Shown: in pieces, positions 42,601-58,082 of the stretch
How the letters are laid out: each line of letters starts with the position of its first letter
Position numbering within the stretch: the first letter of the stretch is position 1
Source: Auanema rhodensis
Taxonomy: Eukaryota > Animalia > Nematoda
Assembly: GCA_964057225.1 (NCBI GenBank)
Contig: OZ059897.1
Location: 22,816,001-22,880,000 of the forward strand
Direction: 5' to 3'
Length of the DNA stretch: 64,000 bases
Position numbers and translations under genes: made by a program
The notes under the pieces: model-generated
Told to the model about the DNA's origin: nothing
The model's database searches: none
Seen by the model: the letters and a program-made list of their open reading frames with translations, nothing else

Positions 42601-45600
42601 ATAAATTAAAGTTCACGTAAATTTCAAAGTCATGGTTACCATGAACCAATATCAATAAAAATTTGTTTTAAGACTAATATGGACATGGGGAATCTAATTT
42701 TGAAAACCGCATCTCTTTATCTTTCACGTGAAGCGAGTTACATACCAAGTGCACATCACGTGTACATTTAATTAGCATAAATTAAAGTTCACGTAAATTT
42801 CAAAGTCATGGTTACCATGAACCAATATCAATAAAAATTTGTTTTTAGACTAATATGGACATGGGGAATCTAATTTTGAAAACCGCATCTCTTTATCTTT
42901 CACGTGAAGCGAGTTACATACCAAGTGCACATTACGTGTACATTTAATTAGCATAAATTAAAGTTCACGTAAATTTCAAAGTCATGGTTACCATGCACCA
43001 ATATCAATAAAAATTTGTTTTTAGACTAATATGGACATGGGGAATCTAATTTTGAAAACCGCATCTCTTTATCTTTCACGTGAAGCGAGTTACATACCAA
43101 GTGCACATCACGTGTACATTTAATTAGCATAAATTAAAGTTCACGTAAATTTCAAAGTCATGGTTACCATGAACCAATATCAATAAAAATTTGTTTTTAG
43201 ACTAATATGGACATGGGGAATCTAATTTTGAAAACCGCATCTCTTTTTCTTTCACGTGAAGCGAGTTACATACCAAGTGCACATCACGTGTACATTTAAT
43301 TAGCATAAATTAAAGTTCACGTAAATTTCAAAGTCATGGTTACCATGAACCAATATCAATAAAAATTTGTTTTTAGACTAATATGGACATGGGGAATCTA
43401 ATTTTGAAAACCGCATCTCTTTATCTTTCACGTGAAGCGAGTTACATACCAAGTGCACATCACGTGTACATTTAATTAGCATAAATTAAAGTTCACGTAA
43501 ATTTCAAAGTCATGGTTACCATGAACCAATATCAATAAAAATTTGTTTTTAGACTAATATGGACATGGGGAATCTAATTTTGAAAACCGCATCTCTTTAT
43601 CTTTCACGTGAAGCGAGTTACATACCAAGTGCACATCACGTGTACATTTAATTAGCATAAATTAAAGTTCACGTAAATTTCAAAGTCATGGTTACCATGA
43701 ACCAATATCAATAAAAATTTGTTTTTAGACTAATATGGACATGGGGAATCTAATTTTGAAAACCGCATCTCTTTATCTTTCACGTGAAGCGAGTTACATA
43801 CCAAGTGCACATTACGTGTACATTTAATTAGCATAAATTAAAGTTCACGTAAATTTCAAAGTCATGGTTACCATGCACCAATATCAATAAAAATTTGTTT
43901 TTAGACTAATATGGACATGGGGAATCTAATTTTGAAAACCGCATCTCTTTATCTTTCACGTGAAGCGAGTTACATACCAAGTGCACATCACGTGTACATT
44001 TAATTAGCATAAATTAAAGTTCACGTAAATTTCAAAGTCATGGTTACCATGAACCAATATCAATAAAAATTTGTTTTTAGACTAATATGGACATGGGGAA
44101 TCTAATTTTGAAAACCGCATCTCTTTTTCTTTCACGTGAAGCGAGTTACATACCAAGTGCACATCACGTGTACATTTAATTAGCATAAATTAAAGTTCAC
44201 GTAAATTTCAAAGTCATGGTTACCATGAACCAATATCAATAAAAATTTGTTTTTAGACTAATATGGACATGGGGAATCTAATTTTGAAAACCGCATCTCT
44301 TTATCTTTCACGTGAAGCGAGTTACATACCAAGTGCACATCACGTGTACATTTAATTAGCATAAATTAAAGTTCACGTAAATTTCAAAGTCATGGTTACC
44401 ATGAACCAATATCAATAAAAATTTGTTTTTAGACTAATATGGACATGGGGAATCTAATTTTGAAAACCACATCTCTTTATCTTTCACGTGAAGCGAGTTA
44501 CATACCAAGTGCACATCACGTGTACATTTAATTAGCATAAATTAAAGTTCACGTAAATTTCAAAGTCATGGTTACCATGAACCAATATCAATAAAAATTT
44601 GTTTTTAGACTAATATGGACATTGGGGAATCTAATTTTGAAAACCGCATCTCTTTATCTTTCACGTGAAGCGAGTTACATACCAAGTGCACATCACGTGT
44701 ACATTTAATTAGCATAAATTAAAGTTCACGTAAATTTCAAAGTCATGGTTACCATGCACCAATATCAATAAAAATTTGTTTTTAGACTAATATGGACATG
44801 GGGAATCTAATTTTGAAAACCGCATCTCTTTATCTTTCACGTGAAGCGAGTTACATACCAAGTGCACATCACGTGTACATTTAATTAGCATAAATTAAAG
44901 TTCACGTAAATTTCAAAGTCATGGTTACCATGAACCAATATCAATAAAAATTTGTTTTTAGACTAATATGGACATGGGGAATCTAATTTTGAAAACCGCA
45001 TCTCTTTATCTTTCACATGAAGCGAGTTACATACCAAGTGCACATCACGTGTACATTTAATTAGCATAAATTAAAGTTCACGTAAATTTCAAAGTCATGG
45101 TTACCATGAAGCAATATCAATAAAAATTTGTTTTTAGACTAATATGGACATGGGGAATCTAATTTTGAAAACCGCATCTTTTTATCTTTCACGTGAAGCG
45201 AGTTACATACCAAGTGCACATCACGTGTACATTTAATTAGCATAAATTAAAGTTCACGTAAATTTCAAAGTCATGGTTACCATGAACCAATATCAATAAA
45301 AATTTGTTTTTAGACTAATATGGACATGGGGAATCTAATTTTGAAAACCGCATCTCTTTATCTTTCACGTGAAGCGAGTTACATACCAAGTGCACATTAC
45401 GTGTACATTTAATTAGCATAAATTAAAGTTCACGTAAATTTCAAAGTCATGGTTACCATGCACCAATATCAATAAAAATTTGTTTTTAGACTAATATGGA
45501 CATGGGGAATCTAATTTTGAAAACCGCATCTCTTTATCTCTCACGTGAAGCGAGTTACATACCAAGTGCACATCACGTGTACATTTAATTAGCATAAATT

Positions 45601-48600
45601 AAAGTTCACGTAAATTTCAAAGTCATGGTTACCATGAACCAATATCAATAAAAATTTGTTTTTAGACTAATATGGACATGGGGAATCTAATTTTGAAAAC
45701 CGCATCTCTTTATCTTTCACGTGAAGCGAGTTACATACCAAGTGCACATCACGTGTACATTTAATTAGCATAAATTAAAGTTCACGTAAATTTCAAAGTC
45801 ATGGTTACCATGAACCAATATCAATAAAAATTTGTTTTTAGACTAATATGGACATGGGGAATCTAATTTTGAAAACCGCATCTCTTTATCTTTCACGTGA
45901 AGCGAGTTACATACCAAGTGCACATCACGTGTACATTTAATTAGCATAAATTAAAGTTCACGTAAATTTCAAAGTCATGGTTACCATGAACCAATATCAA
46001 TAAAAATTTGTTTTTAGACTAATATGGACATGGGGAATCTAATTCTGAAAACCGCATCTCTTCATCTTTCACGTGAAGCGAGTTACATACCAAGTGCACA
46101 TCACGTGTACATTTAATTAGCATAAATTAAAGTTCACGTAAATTTCAAAGTCATGGTTACCATGAACCAATATCAATAAAAATTTGTTTTTAGACTAATA
46201 TGGACATGGGGAATCTAATTTTGAAAACCGCATCTCTTTATCTTTCACGTGAAGCGAGTTACATACCAAGTGCACATCACGTGTACATTTAATTAGCATA
46301 AATTAAAGTTCACGTAAATTTCAAAGTCATGGTTACCATGAAGCAATATCAATAAAAATTTGTTTTTAGACTAATATGGACATGGGGAATCTAATTTTGA
46401 AAACCGCATCTTTTTATCTTTCACGTGAAGCGAGTTACATACCAAGTGCACATCACGTGTACATTTAATTAGCATAAATTAAAGTTCACGTAAATTTCAA
46501 AGTCATGGTTACCATGAACCAATATCAATAAAAATTTGTTTTTAAACTAATATGGACATGGGGAATCTAATTTTGAAAACCGCATCTCTTTATCTTTCAC
46601 GTGAAGCGAGTTACATACCAAGTGCACATCACGTGTACATTTAATTAGCATAAATTAAAGTTCACGTAAATTTCAAAGTCATGGTTACCATGCACCAATA
46701 TCAATAAAAATTTGTTTTTAGACTAATATGGACATGGGGAATCTAATTTTGAAAACCGCATCTCTTTATCTTTCACGTGAAGCGAGTTACATACCAAGTG
46801 CACATCACGTGTACATTTAATTAGCATAAATTAAAGTTCACGTAAATTTCAAAGTCATGGTTACCATGAACCAATATCAATAAAAATTTGTTTTTAGACT
46901 AATATGGACATGAGGAATCTAATTTTGAAAACCGCATCTCTTTATCTTTCACATGAAGCGAGTTACATACCAAGTGCACATCACGTGTACATTTAATTAG
47001 CATAAATTAAAGTTCACGTAAATTTCAAAGTCATGGTTACCATGAAGCAATATCAATAAAAATTTGTTTTTAGACTAATATGGACATGGGGAATCTAATT
47101 TTAAAAACCGCATATTTTTATCTTTCACGTGAAGCGAGTTACATACCAAGTGCACATCACGTGTACATTTAATTAGCATAAATTAAAGTTCACGTAAATT
47201 TCAAAGTCATGGTTACCATGAACCAATATCAATAAAAATTTGTTTTTAGACTAATATGGACATGGGGAATCTAATTTTGAAAACCGCATCTCTTTATCTT
47301 TCACGTGAAGCGAGTTACATACCAAGTGCACATCACGTGTACATTTAATTAGCATAAATTAAAGTTCACGTAAATTTCAAAGTCATGGTTAACATGCACC
47401 AATATCAATAAAAATTTGTTTTTAGACTAATATGGACATGTGGAATCTAATTTTGAAAACCGCATCTCTTTATCTTTCACGTGAAGCGAGTTACATACCT
47501 AGTGCACATCACGTGTATATTTAATTAGCATAAATTAAAGTTCACGTAAATTTCAAAGTCATGGTTACCATGCACCAATATCAATAAAAATTTGTTTTTA
47601 GACTAATATGGACATGGGGAATCTAATTTTGAAAACCGCATCTCTTTATCTTTCACGTGAAGCGAGTTACATACCAAGTGCACATCACGTGTACATTTAA
47701 TTAGCATAAATTAAAGTTCACGTAAATTTCAAAGTCATGGTTACCATGAACCAATATCAATAAAAATTTGTTTTTAGACTAATATGGACATGGGGAATCT
47801 AATTTTGAAAACCGCATCTCTTTATCTTTCACATGAAGCGAGTTACATACCAAGTGCACATCACGTGTACATTTAATTAGCATAAATTAAAGTTCACGTA
47901 AATTTCAAAGTCATGGTTACCATGAAGCAATATCAATAAAAATTTGTTTTTAGACTAATATGGACATGGGGAATCTAATTTTGAAAACCGCATCTTTTTA
48001 TCTTTCACGTGAAGCGAGTTACATACCAAGTGCACATCACGTGTACATTTAATTAGCATAAATTAAAGTTCACGTAAATTTCAAAGTCATGGTTACCATG
48101 AAGCAATATCAATAAAAATTTGTTTTTAGACTAATATGGACATGGGGAATCTAATTTTGAAAACCGCATCTTTTTATCTTTCACGTGAAGCGAGTTACAT
48201 ACCAAGTGCACATCACGTGTACATTTAATTAGCATAAATTAAAGTTCACGTAAATTTCAAAGTCATGGTTACCATGCACCAATATCAATAAAAATTTGTT
48301 TTTAGACTAATATGGACATGGGGAATCTAATTTTGAAAACCGCATCTTTTTATCTTTCACGTGAAGCGAGTTACATACCAAGTGCACATCACGTGTACAT
48401 TTAATTAGCATAAATTAAAGTTCACGTAAATTTCAAAGTCATGGTTACCATGAACCAATATCAATAAAAATTTGTTTTTAGACTAATATGGACATGGGGA
48501 ATCTAATTTTGAAAACCGCATCTCTTTATCTTTCACATGAAGCGAGTTACATACCAAGTGCACATCACGTGTACATTTAATTAGCATAAATTAAAGTTCA

Positions 48601-51600
48601 CGTAAATTTCAAAGTCATGGTTACCATGCACCAATATCAATAAAAATTTGTTTTTAGACTAATATGGACATGGGGAATCTAATTTTGAAAACCGCATCTC
48701 TTTATCTTTCACGTGAAGCGAGTTACATACCAAGTGCACATCACGTGTACATTTAATTAGCATAAATTAAAGTTCACGTAAATTTCAAAGTCATGGTTAC
48801 CATGAACCAATATCAATAAAAATTTGTTTTTAGACTAATATGGACATGGGGAATCTAATTTTGAAAACCGCATCTCTTTATCTTTCACATGAAGCGAGTT
48901 ACATACCAAGTGCACATCACGTGTACATTTAATTAGCATAAATTAAAGTTCACGTAAATTTCAAAGTCATGGTTACCATGAAGCAATATCAATAAAAATT
49001 TGTTTTTAGACTAATATGGACATGGGGAATCTAATTTTGAAAACCGCATCTTTTTATCTTTCACGTGAAGCGAGTTACATACCAAGTGCACATCACGTGT
49101 ACATTTAATTAGCATAAATTAAAGTTCACGTAAATTTCAAAGTCATGGTTACCATGCACCAATATCAATAAAAATTTGTTTTTAGACTAATATGGACATG
49201 GGGAATCTAATTTTGAAAACCGCATCTCTTCATCTTTTACGTGAAGCGAGTTACATACCAAGTGCACATCACGTGTACATTTAATGAGCATAAATTAAAG
49301 TTCACGTAAATTTCAAAGTCATGGTTACCATGAACCAATATCAATAAAAATTTGTTTTTAGACTAATATGGACATGGGGAATCTAATTTTGAAAACCGCA
49401 TCTTTTTATCTTTCACGTGAAGCGAGTTACATACCAAGTGCACATCACGTGTACATTTAATTAGCATAAGTTAAAGTTCACGTAAATTTCAAAGTCATGG
49501 TTACCATGCACCAATATCAATAAAAATTTGTTTTTAGACTAATATGGACATGGGGAATCTAATTTTGAAAACCGCATCTTTTTATCTTTCACGTGAAGCG
49601 AGTTACATACCAAGTGCACATCACGTGTACATTTAATTAGCATAAATTAAAGTTCACGTAAATTTCAAAGTCATGGTTACCATGCACCAATATCAATAAA
49701 AATTTGTTTTTAGACTAATATGGACATGGGGAATCTAATTTTGAAAACCGCATCTTTTTATCTTTCACGTGAAGCGAGTTACATACCAAGTGCACATCAC
49801 GTGTACATTTAATTAGCATAAATTAAAGTTCACGTAAATTTCAAAGTCATGGTTACCATGAACCAATATCAATAAAAATTTGTTTTTAGACTAATATGGA
49901 CATGGGGAATCTAATTTTGAAAACCGCATCTCTTTATCTTTCACATGAAGCGAGTTACATACCAAGTGCACATCACGTGTACATTTAATTAGCATAAATT
50001 AAAGTTCACGTAAATTTCAAAGTCATGGTTACCATGCACCAATATCAATAAAAATTTGTTTTTAGACTAATATGGACATGGGGAATCTAATTTTGAAAAC
50101 CGCATCTCTTTATCTTTCACGTGAAGCGAGTTACATACCAAGTGCACATCACGTGTACATTTAATTAGCATAAATTAAAGTTCACGTAAATTTCAAAGTC
50201 ATGGTTACCATGAACCAATATCAATAAAAATTTGTTTTTAGACTAATATGGACATGGGGAATCTAATTTTGAAAACCGCATCTCTTTATCTTTCACATGA
50301 AGCGAGTTACATACCAAGTGCACATCACGTGTACATTTAATTAGCATAAATTAAAGTTCACGTAAATTTCAAAGTCATGGTTACCATGAAGCAATATCAA
50401 TAAAAATTTGTTTTTAGACTAATATGGACATGGGGAATCTAATTTTGAAAACCGCATCTTTTTATCTTTCACGTGAAGCGAGTTACATACCAAGTGCACA
50501 TCACGTGTACATTTAATTAGCATAAATTAAAGTTCACGTAAATTTCAAAGTCATGGTTACCATGCACCAATATCAATAAAAATTTGTTTTTAGACTAATA
50601 TGGACATGGGGAATCTAATTTTGAAAACCGCATCTCTTCATCTTTTACGTGAAGCGAGTTACATACCAAGTGCACATCACGTGTACATTTAATGAGCATA
50701 AATTAAAGTTCACGTAAATTTCAAAGTCATGGTTACCATGAACCAATATCAATAAAAATTTGTTTTTAGACTAATATGGACATGGGGAATCTAATTTTGA
50801 AAACCGCATCTTTTTATCTTTCACGTGAAGCGAGTTACATACCAAGTGCACATCACGTGTACATTTAATTAGCATAAGTTAAAGTTCACGTAAATTTCAA
50901 AGTCATGGTTACCATGCACCAATATCAATAAAAATTTGTTTTTAGACTAATATGGACATGGGGAATCTAATTTTGAAAACCGCATCTCTTCATCTTTCAC
51001 GTGAAGCGAGTTACATACCAAGTGCACATCACGTGTACATTTAATTAGCATAAATTAAAGTTCACGTAAATTTCAAAGTCATGGTTACCATGAACCAATA
51101 TCAATAAAAATTTGTTTTTAGACTAATATGGACATGGGGAATCTAATTTTGAAAACCGCATCTTTTTATCTTTCACGTGAAGCGAGTTACATACCAAGTG
51201 CACATCACGTGTACATTTAATTAGCATAAATTAAAGTTCACGTAAATTTCAAAGTCATGGTTACCATGAACCAATATCAATAAAAATTTGTTTTTAGACT
51301 AATATGGACATGGGGAATCTAATTTTGAAAACCGCATCTCTTTATCTTTCACGTGAAGCGAGTTACATACCAAGTGCACATCACGTGTACATTTAATTAG
51401 CATAAATTAAAGTTCACGTAAATTTCAAAGTCATGGTTACCATGAACCAATATCAATAAAAATTTGTTTTTAGACTAATATGGACATGGGGAATCTAATT
51501 TTGAAAACCGCATCTCTTTATCTTTCACGTGAAGCGAGTTACATACCAAGTGCACATCACGTGTACATTTAATTAGCATAAATTAAAGTTCACGTAAATT

Positions 51601-54600
51601 TCAAAGTCATGGTTACCATGAACCAATATCAATAAAAATTTGTTTTTAGACTAATATGGACATGGGGAATCTAATTTTGAAAACCGCATCTCTTCATCTT
51701 TCACGTGAAGCGAGTTACATACCAAGTGCACATCACGTGTACATTTAATTAGCATAAATTAAAGTTCACGTAAATTTCAAAGTCATGGTTACCATGCACC
51801 AATATCAATAAAAATTTGTTTTTAGACTAATATGGACATGGGGAATCTAATTTTGAAAACCGCATCTCTTTATCTTTCACGTGAAGCGAGTTACATACCA
51901 AGTGCACATCACGTGTACATTTAATTAGCATAAATTAAAGTTCACGTAAATTTCAAAGTCATGGTTACCATGAACCAATATCAATAAAAATTTGTTTTTA
52001 GACTAATATGGACATGGGGAATCTAATTTTGAAAACCGCATCTCTTTATCTTTCACATGAAGCGAGTTACATACCAAGTGCACATCACGTGTACATTTAA
52101 TTAGCATAAATTAAAGTTCACGTAAATTTCAAAGTCATGGTTACCATGAAGCAATATCAATAAAAATTTGTTTTTAGACTAATATGGACATGGGGAATCT
52201 AATTTTGAAAACCGCATCTTTTTATCTTTCACGTGAAGCGAGTTACATACCAAGTGCACATCACGTGTACATTTAATTAGCATAAATTAAAGTTCACGTA
52301 AATTTCAAAGTCATGGTTACCATGCACCAATATCAATAAAAATTTGTTTTTAGACTAATATGGACATGGGGAATCTAATTTTGAAAACCGCATCTCTTCA
52401 TCTTTCACGTGAAGCGAGTTACATACCAAGTGCACATCACGTGTACATTTAATTAGCATAAATTAAAGTTCACGTAAATTTCAAAGTCATGGTTACCATG
52501 CACCAATATCAATAAAAATTTGTTTTTAGACTAATATGGACATGGGGAATCTAATTTTGAAAACCGCATCTCTTTATCTTTCACGTGAAGCGAGTTACAT
52601 ACCAAGTGCACATCACGTGTACATTTAATTAGCATAAATTAAAGTTCACGTAAATTTCAAAGTCATGGTTACCATGAACCAATATCAATAAAAATTTGTT
52701 TTTAGACTAATATGGACATGGGGAATCTAATTTTGAAAACCGCATCTCTTTATCTTTCACGTGAAGCGAGTTACATACCAAGTGCACATCACGTGTACAT
52801 TTAATTAGCATAAATTAAAGTTCACGTAAATTTCAAAGTCATGGTTACCATGCACCAATATCAATAAAAATTTGTTTTTAGACTAATATGGACATGGGGA
52901 ATCTAATTTTGAAAACCGCATCTCTTCATCTTTTACGTGAAGCGAGTTACATACCAAGTGCACATCACGTGTACATTTAATGAGCATAAATTAAAGTTCA
53001 CGTAAATTTCAAAGTCATGGTTACCATGAACCAATATCAATAAAAATTTGTTTTTAGACTAATATGGACATGGGGAATCTAATTTTGAAAACCGCATCTT
53101 TTTATCTTTCACGTGAAGCGAGTTACATACCAAGTGCACATCACGTGTACATTTAATTAGCATAAATTAAAGTTCACGTAAATTTCAAAGTCATGGTTAC
53201 CATGCACCAATATCAATAAAAATTTGTTTTTAGACTAATATGGACATGGGGAATCTAATTTTGAAAACCGCATCTCTTTATCTTTCACGTGAAGCGAGTT
53301 ACATACCAAGTGCACATCACGTGTACATTTAATTAGCATAAATTAAAGTTCACGTAAATTTCAAAGTCATGGTTACCATGAACCAATATCAATAAAAATT
53401 TGTTTTTAGACTAATATGGACATGGGGAATCTAATTTTGTAAACCGCATCTTTTTATCTTTCACATGAAGCGAGTTACATACCAAGTGCACATCACGTGT
53501 ACATTTAATTAGCATAAATTAAAGTTCACGTAAATTTCAAAGTCATGGTTACCATGAACCAATATCAATAAAAATTTGTTTTTAGACTAATATGGACATG
53601 GGGAATCTAATTTTGAAAACCGCATCTCTTTATCTTTCACGTGAAGCGAGTTACATACCAAGTGCACATCACGTGTACATTTAATTAGCATAAATTAAAG
53701 TTCACGTAAATTTCAAAGTCATGGTTACCATGAACCAATATCAATAAAAATTTGTTTTTAGACTAATATGGACATGGGGAATCTAATTTTGTAAACCGCA
53801 TCTCTTTATCTTTCACATGAAGCGAGTTACATACCAAGTGCACATCACGTGTACATTTAATTAGCATAAATTAAAGTTCACGTAAATTTCAAAGTCATGG
53901 TTACCATGAACCAATATCAATAAAAATTTGTTTTTAGACTAATATGGACATGGGGAATCTAATTTTGTAAACCGCATCTCTTTATCTTTCACATGAAGCG
54001 AGTTACATACCAAGTGCACATCACGTGTACATTTAATTAGCATAAATTAAAGTTCACGTAAATTTCAAAGTCATGGTTACCATGAACCAATATCAATAAA
54101 AATTTGTTTTTAGACTAATATGGACATGGGGAATCTAATTTTGTAAACCGCATCTCTTTATCTTTCACATGAAGCGAGTTACATACCAAGTGCACATCAC
54201 GTGTACATTTAATTAGCATAAATTAAAGTTCACGTAAATTTCAAAGTCATGGTTACCATGAACCAATATCAATAAAAATTTGTTTTTAGACTAATATGGA
54301 CATGGGGAATCTAATTTTGAAAACCGCATCTCTTTATCTTTCACGTGAAGCGAGTTACATACCAAGTGCACATCACGTGTACATTTAATTAGCATAAATT
54401 AAAGTTCACGTAAATTTCAAAGTCATGGTTACCATGAACCAATATCAATAAAAATTTGTTTTTAGACTAATATGGACATGGGGAATCTAATTTTGAAAAC
54501 CGCATCTCTTTATCTTTCACATGAAGCGAGTTACATACCAAGTGCACATCACGTGTACATTTAATTAGCATAAATTAAAGTTCACGTAAATTTCAAAGTC

Positions 54601-57600
54601 ATGGTTACCATGAACCAATATCAATAAAAATTTGTTTTTAGACTAATATGGACATGGGGAATCTAATTTTGAAAACCGCATCTCTTTATCTTTCACATGA
54701 AGCGAGTTACATACCAAGTGCACATCACGTGTACATTTAATTAGCATAAATTAAAGTTCACGTAAATTTCAAAGTCATGGTTACCATGAAGCAATATCAA
54801 TAAAAATTTGTTTTTAGACTAATATGGACATGGGGAATCTAATTTTGAAAACCGCATCTTTTTATCTTTCACGTGAAGCGAGTTACATACCAAGTGCACA
54901 TCACGTGTACATTTAATTAGCATAAATTAAAGTTCACGTAAATTTCAAAGTCATGGTTACCATGCACCAATATCAATAAAAATTTGTTTTTAGACTAATA
55001 TGGACATGGGGAATCTAATTTTGAAAACCGCATCTCTTCATCTTTTACGTGAAGCGAGTTACATACCAAGTGCACATCACGTGTACATTTAATGAGCATA
55101 AATTAAAGTTCACGTAAATTTCAAAGTCATGGTTACCATGAACCAATATCAATAAAAATTTGTTTTTAGACTAATATGGACATGGGGAATCTAATTTTGA
55201 AAACCGCATCTTTTTATCTTTCACGTGAAGCGAGTTACATACCAAGTGCACATCACGTGTACATTTAATTAGCATAAATTAAAGTTCACGTAAATTTCAA
55301 AGTCATGGTTACCATGCACCAATATCAATAAAAATTTGTTTTTAGACTAATATGGACATGGGGAATCTAATTTTGAAAACCGCATCTCTTCATCTTTCAC
55401 GTGAAGCGAGTTACATACCAAGTGCACATCACGTGTACATTTAATTAGCATAAATTAAAGTTCACGTAAATTTCAAAGTCATGGTTACCATGCACCAATA
55501 TCAATAAAAATTTGTTTTTAGACTAATATGGACATGGGGAATCTAATTTTGAAAACCGCATCTCTTCATCTTTTACGTGAAGCGAGTTACATACCAAGTG
55601 CACATCACGTGTACATTTAATGAGCATAAATTAAAGTTCACGTAAATTTCAAAGTCATGGTTACCATGAACCAATATCAATAAAAATTTGTTTTTAGACT
55701 AATATGGACATGGGGAATCTAATTTTGAAAACCGCATCTTTTTATCTTTCACGTGAAGCGAGTTACATACCAAGTGCACATCACGTGTACATTTAATTAG
55801 CATAAATTAAAGTTCACGTAAATTTCAAAGTCATGGTTACCATGCACCAATATCAATAAAAATTTGTTTTTAGACTAATATGGACATGGGGAATCTAATT
55901 TTGAAAACCGCATCTCTTTATCTTTCACGTGAAGCGAGTTACATACCAAGTGCACATCACGTGTACATTTAATTAGCATAAATTAAAGTTCACGTAAATT
56001 TCAAAGTCATGGTTACCATGAACCAATATCAATAAAAATTTGTTTTTAGACTAATATGGACATGGGGAATCTAATTTTGAAAACCGCATCTCTTTATCTT
56101 TCACGTGAAGCGAGTTACATACCAAGTGCACATCACGTGTACATTTAATTAGCATAAATTAAAGTTCACGTAAATTTCAAAGTCATGGTTACCATGCACC
56201 AATATCAATAAAAATTTGTTTTTAGACTAATATGGACATGGGGAATCTAATTTTGAAAACCGCATCTCTTTATCTTTCACGTGAAGCGAGTTACATACCA
56301 AGTGCACATCACGTGTACATTTAATTAGCATAAATTAAAGTTCACGTAAATTTCAAAGTCATGGTTACCATGAACCAATATCAATAAAAATTTGTTTTTA
56401 GACTAATATGGACATGGGGAATCTAATTTTGTAAACCGCATCTCTTTATCTTTCACATGAAGCGAGTTACATACCAAGTGCACATCACGTGTACATTTAA
56501 TTAGCATAAATTAAAGTTCACGTAAATTTCAAAGTCATGGTTACCATGAACCAATATCAATAAAAATTTGTTTTTAGACTAATATGGACATGGGGAATCT
56601 AATTTTGAAAACCGCATCTCTTTATCTTTCACGTGAAGCGAGTTACATACCAAGTGCACATCACGTGTACATTTAATTAGCATAAATTAAAGTTCACGTA
56701 AATTTCAAAGTCATGGTTACCATGAACCAATATCAATAAAAATTTGTTTTAAGACTAATATGGACATGGGGAATCTAATTTTGAAAACCGCATCTCTTTA
56801 TCTTTCACGTGAAGCGAGTTACATACCAAGTGCACATCACGTGTACATTTAATTAGCATAAATTAAAGTTCACGTAAATTTCAAAGTCATGGTTACCATG
56901 AACCAATATCAATAAAAATTTGTTTTTAGACTAATATGGACATGGGGAATCTAATTTTGAAAACCGCATCTCTTCATCTTTTACGTGAAGCGAGTTACAT
57001 ACCAAGTGCACATCACGTGTACATTTAATGAGCATAAATTAAAGTTCACGTAAATTTCAAAGTCATGGTTACCATGAACTAATATCAATAAAAATTTGTT
57101 TTTAGACTAATATGGACATGGGGAATCTAATTTTGAAAACCGCATCTCTTTATCTTTCACGTGAAGCGAGTTACATACCAAGTGCACATCACGTGTACAT
57201 TTAATTAGCATAAATTAAAGTTCACGTAAATTTCAAAGTCATGGTTACCATGAACCAATATCAATAAAAATTTGTTTTTAGACTAATATGGACATGGGGA
57301 ATCTAATTTTGAAAACCGCATCTCTTTATCTTTCACGTGAAGCGAGTTACATACCAAGTGCACATTACGTGTACATTTAATTAGCATAAATTAAAGTTCA
57401 CGTAAATTTCAAAGTCATGGTTACCATGCACCAATATCAATAAAAATTTGTTTTTAGACTAATATGGACATGGGGAATCTAATTTTGAAAACCGCATCTC
57501 TTTATCTTTCACGTGAAGCGAGTTACATACCAAGTGCACATTACGTGTACATTTAATTAGCATAAATTAAAGTTCACGTAAATTTCAAAGTCATGGTTAC

Positions 57601-58082
57601 CATGAACCAATATCAATAAAAATTTGTTTTTAGACTAATATGGACATGGGGAATCTAATTTTGAAAACCGCATCTCTTTATCTTTCACGTGAAGCGAGTT
57701 ACATACCAAGTGCACATCACGTGTACATTTAATTAGCATAAATTAAAGTTCACGTAAATTTCAAAGTCATGGTTACCATGAACCAATATCAATAAAAATT
57801 TGTTTTTAGACTAATATGGACATGGGGAATCTAATTTTGAAAACCGCATCTCTTTATCTTTCACGTGAAGCGAGTTACATACCAAGTGCACATCACGTGT
57901 ACATTTAATTAGCATAAATTAAAGTTCACGTAAATTTCAAAGTCATGGTTACCATGAACCAATATCAATAAAAATTTGTTTTTAGACTAATATGGACATG
58001 GGGAATCTAATTTTGAAAACCGCATCTCTTTATCTTTCACGTGAAGCGAGTTACATACCAAGTGCACATCACGTGTACATTT

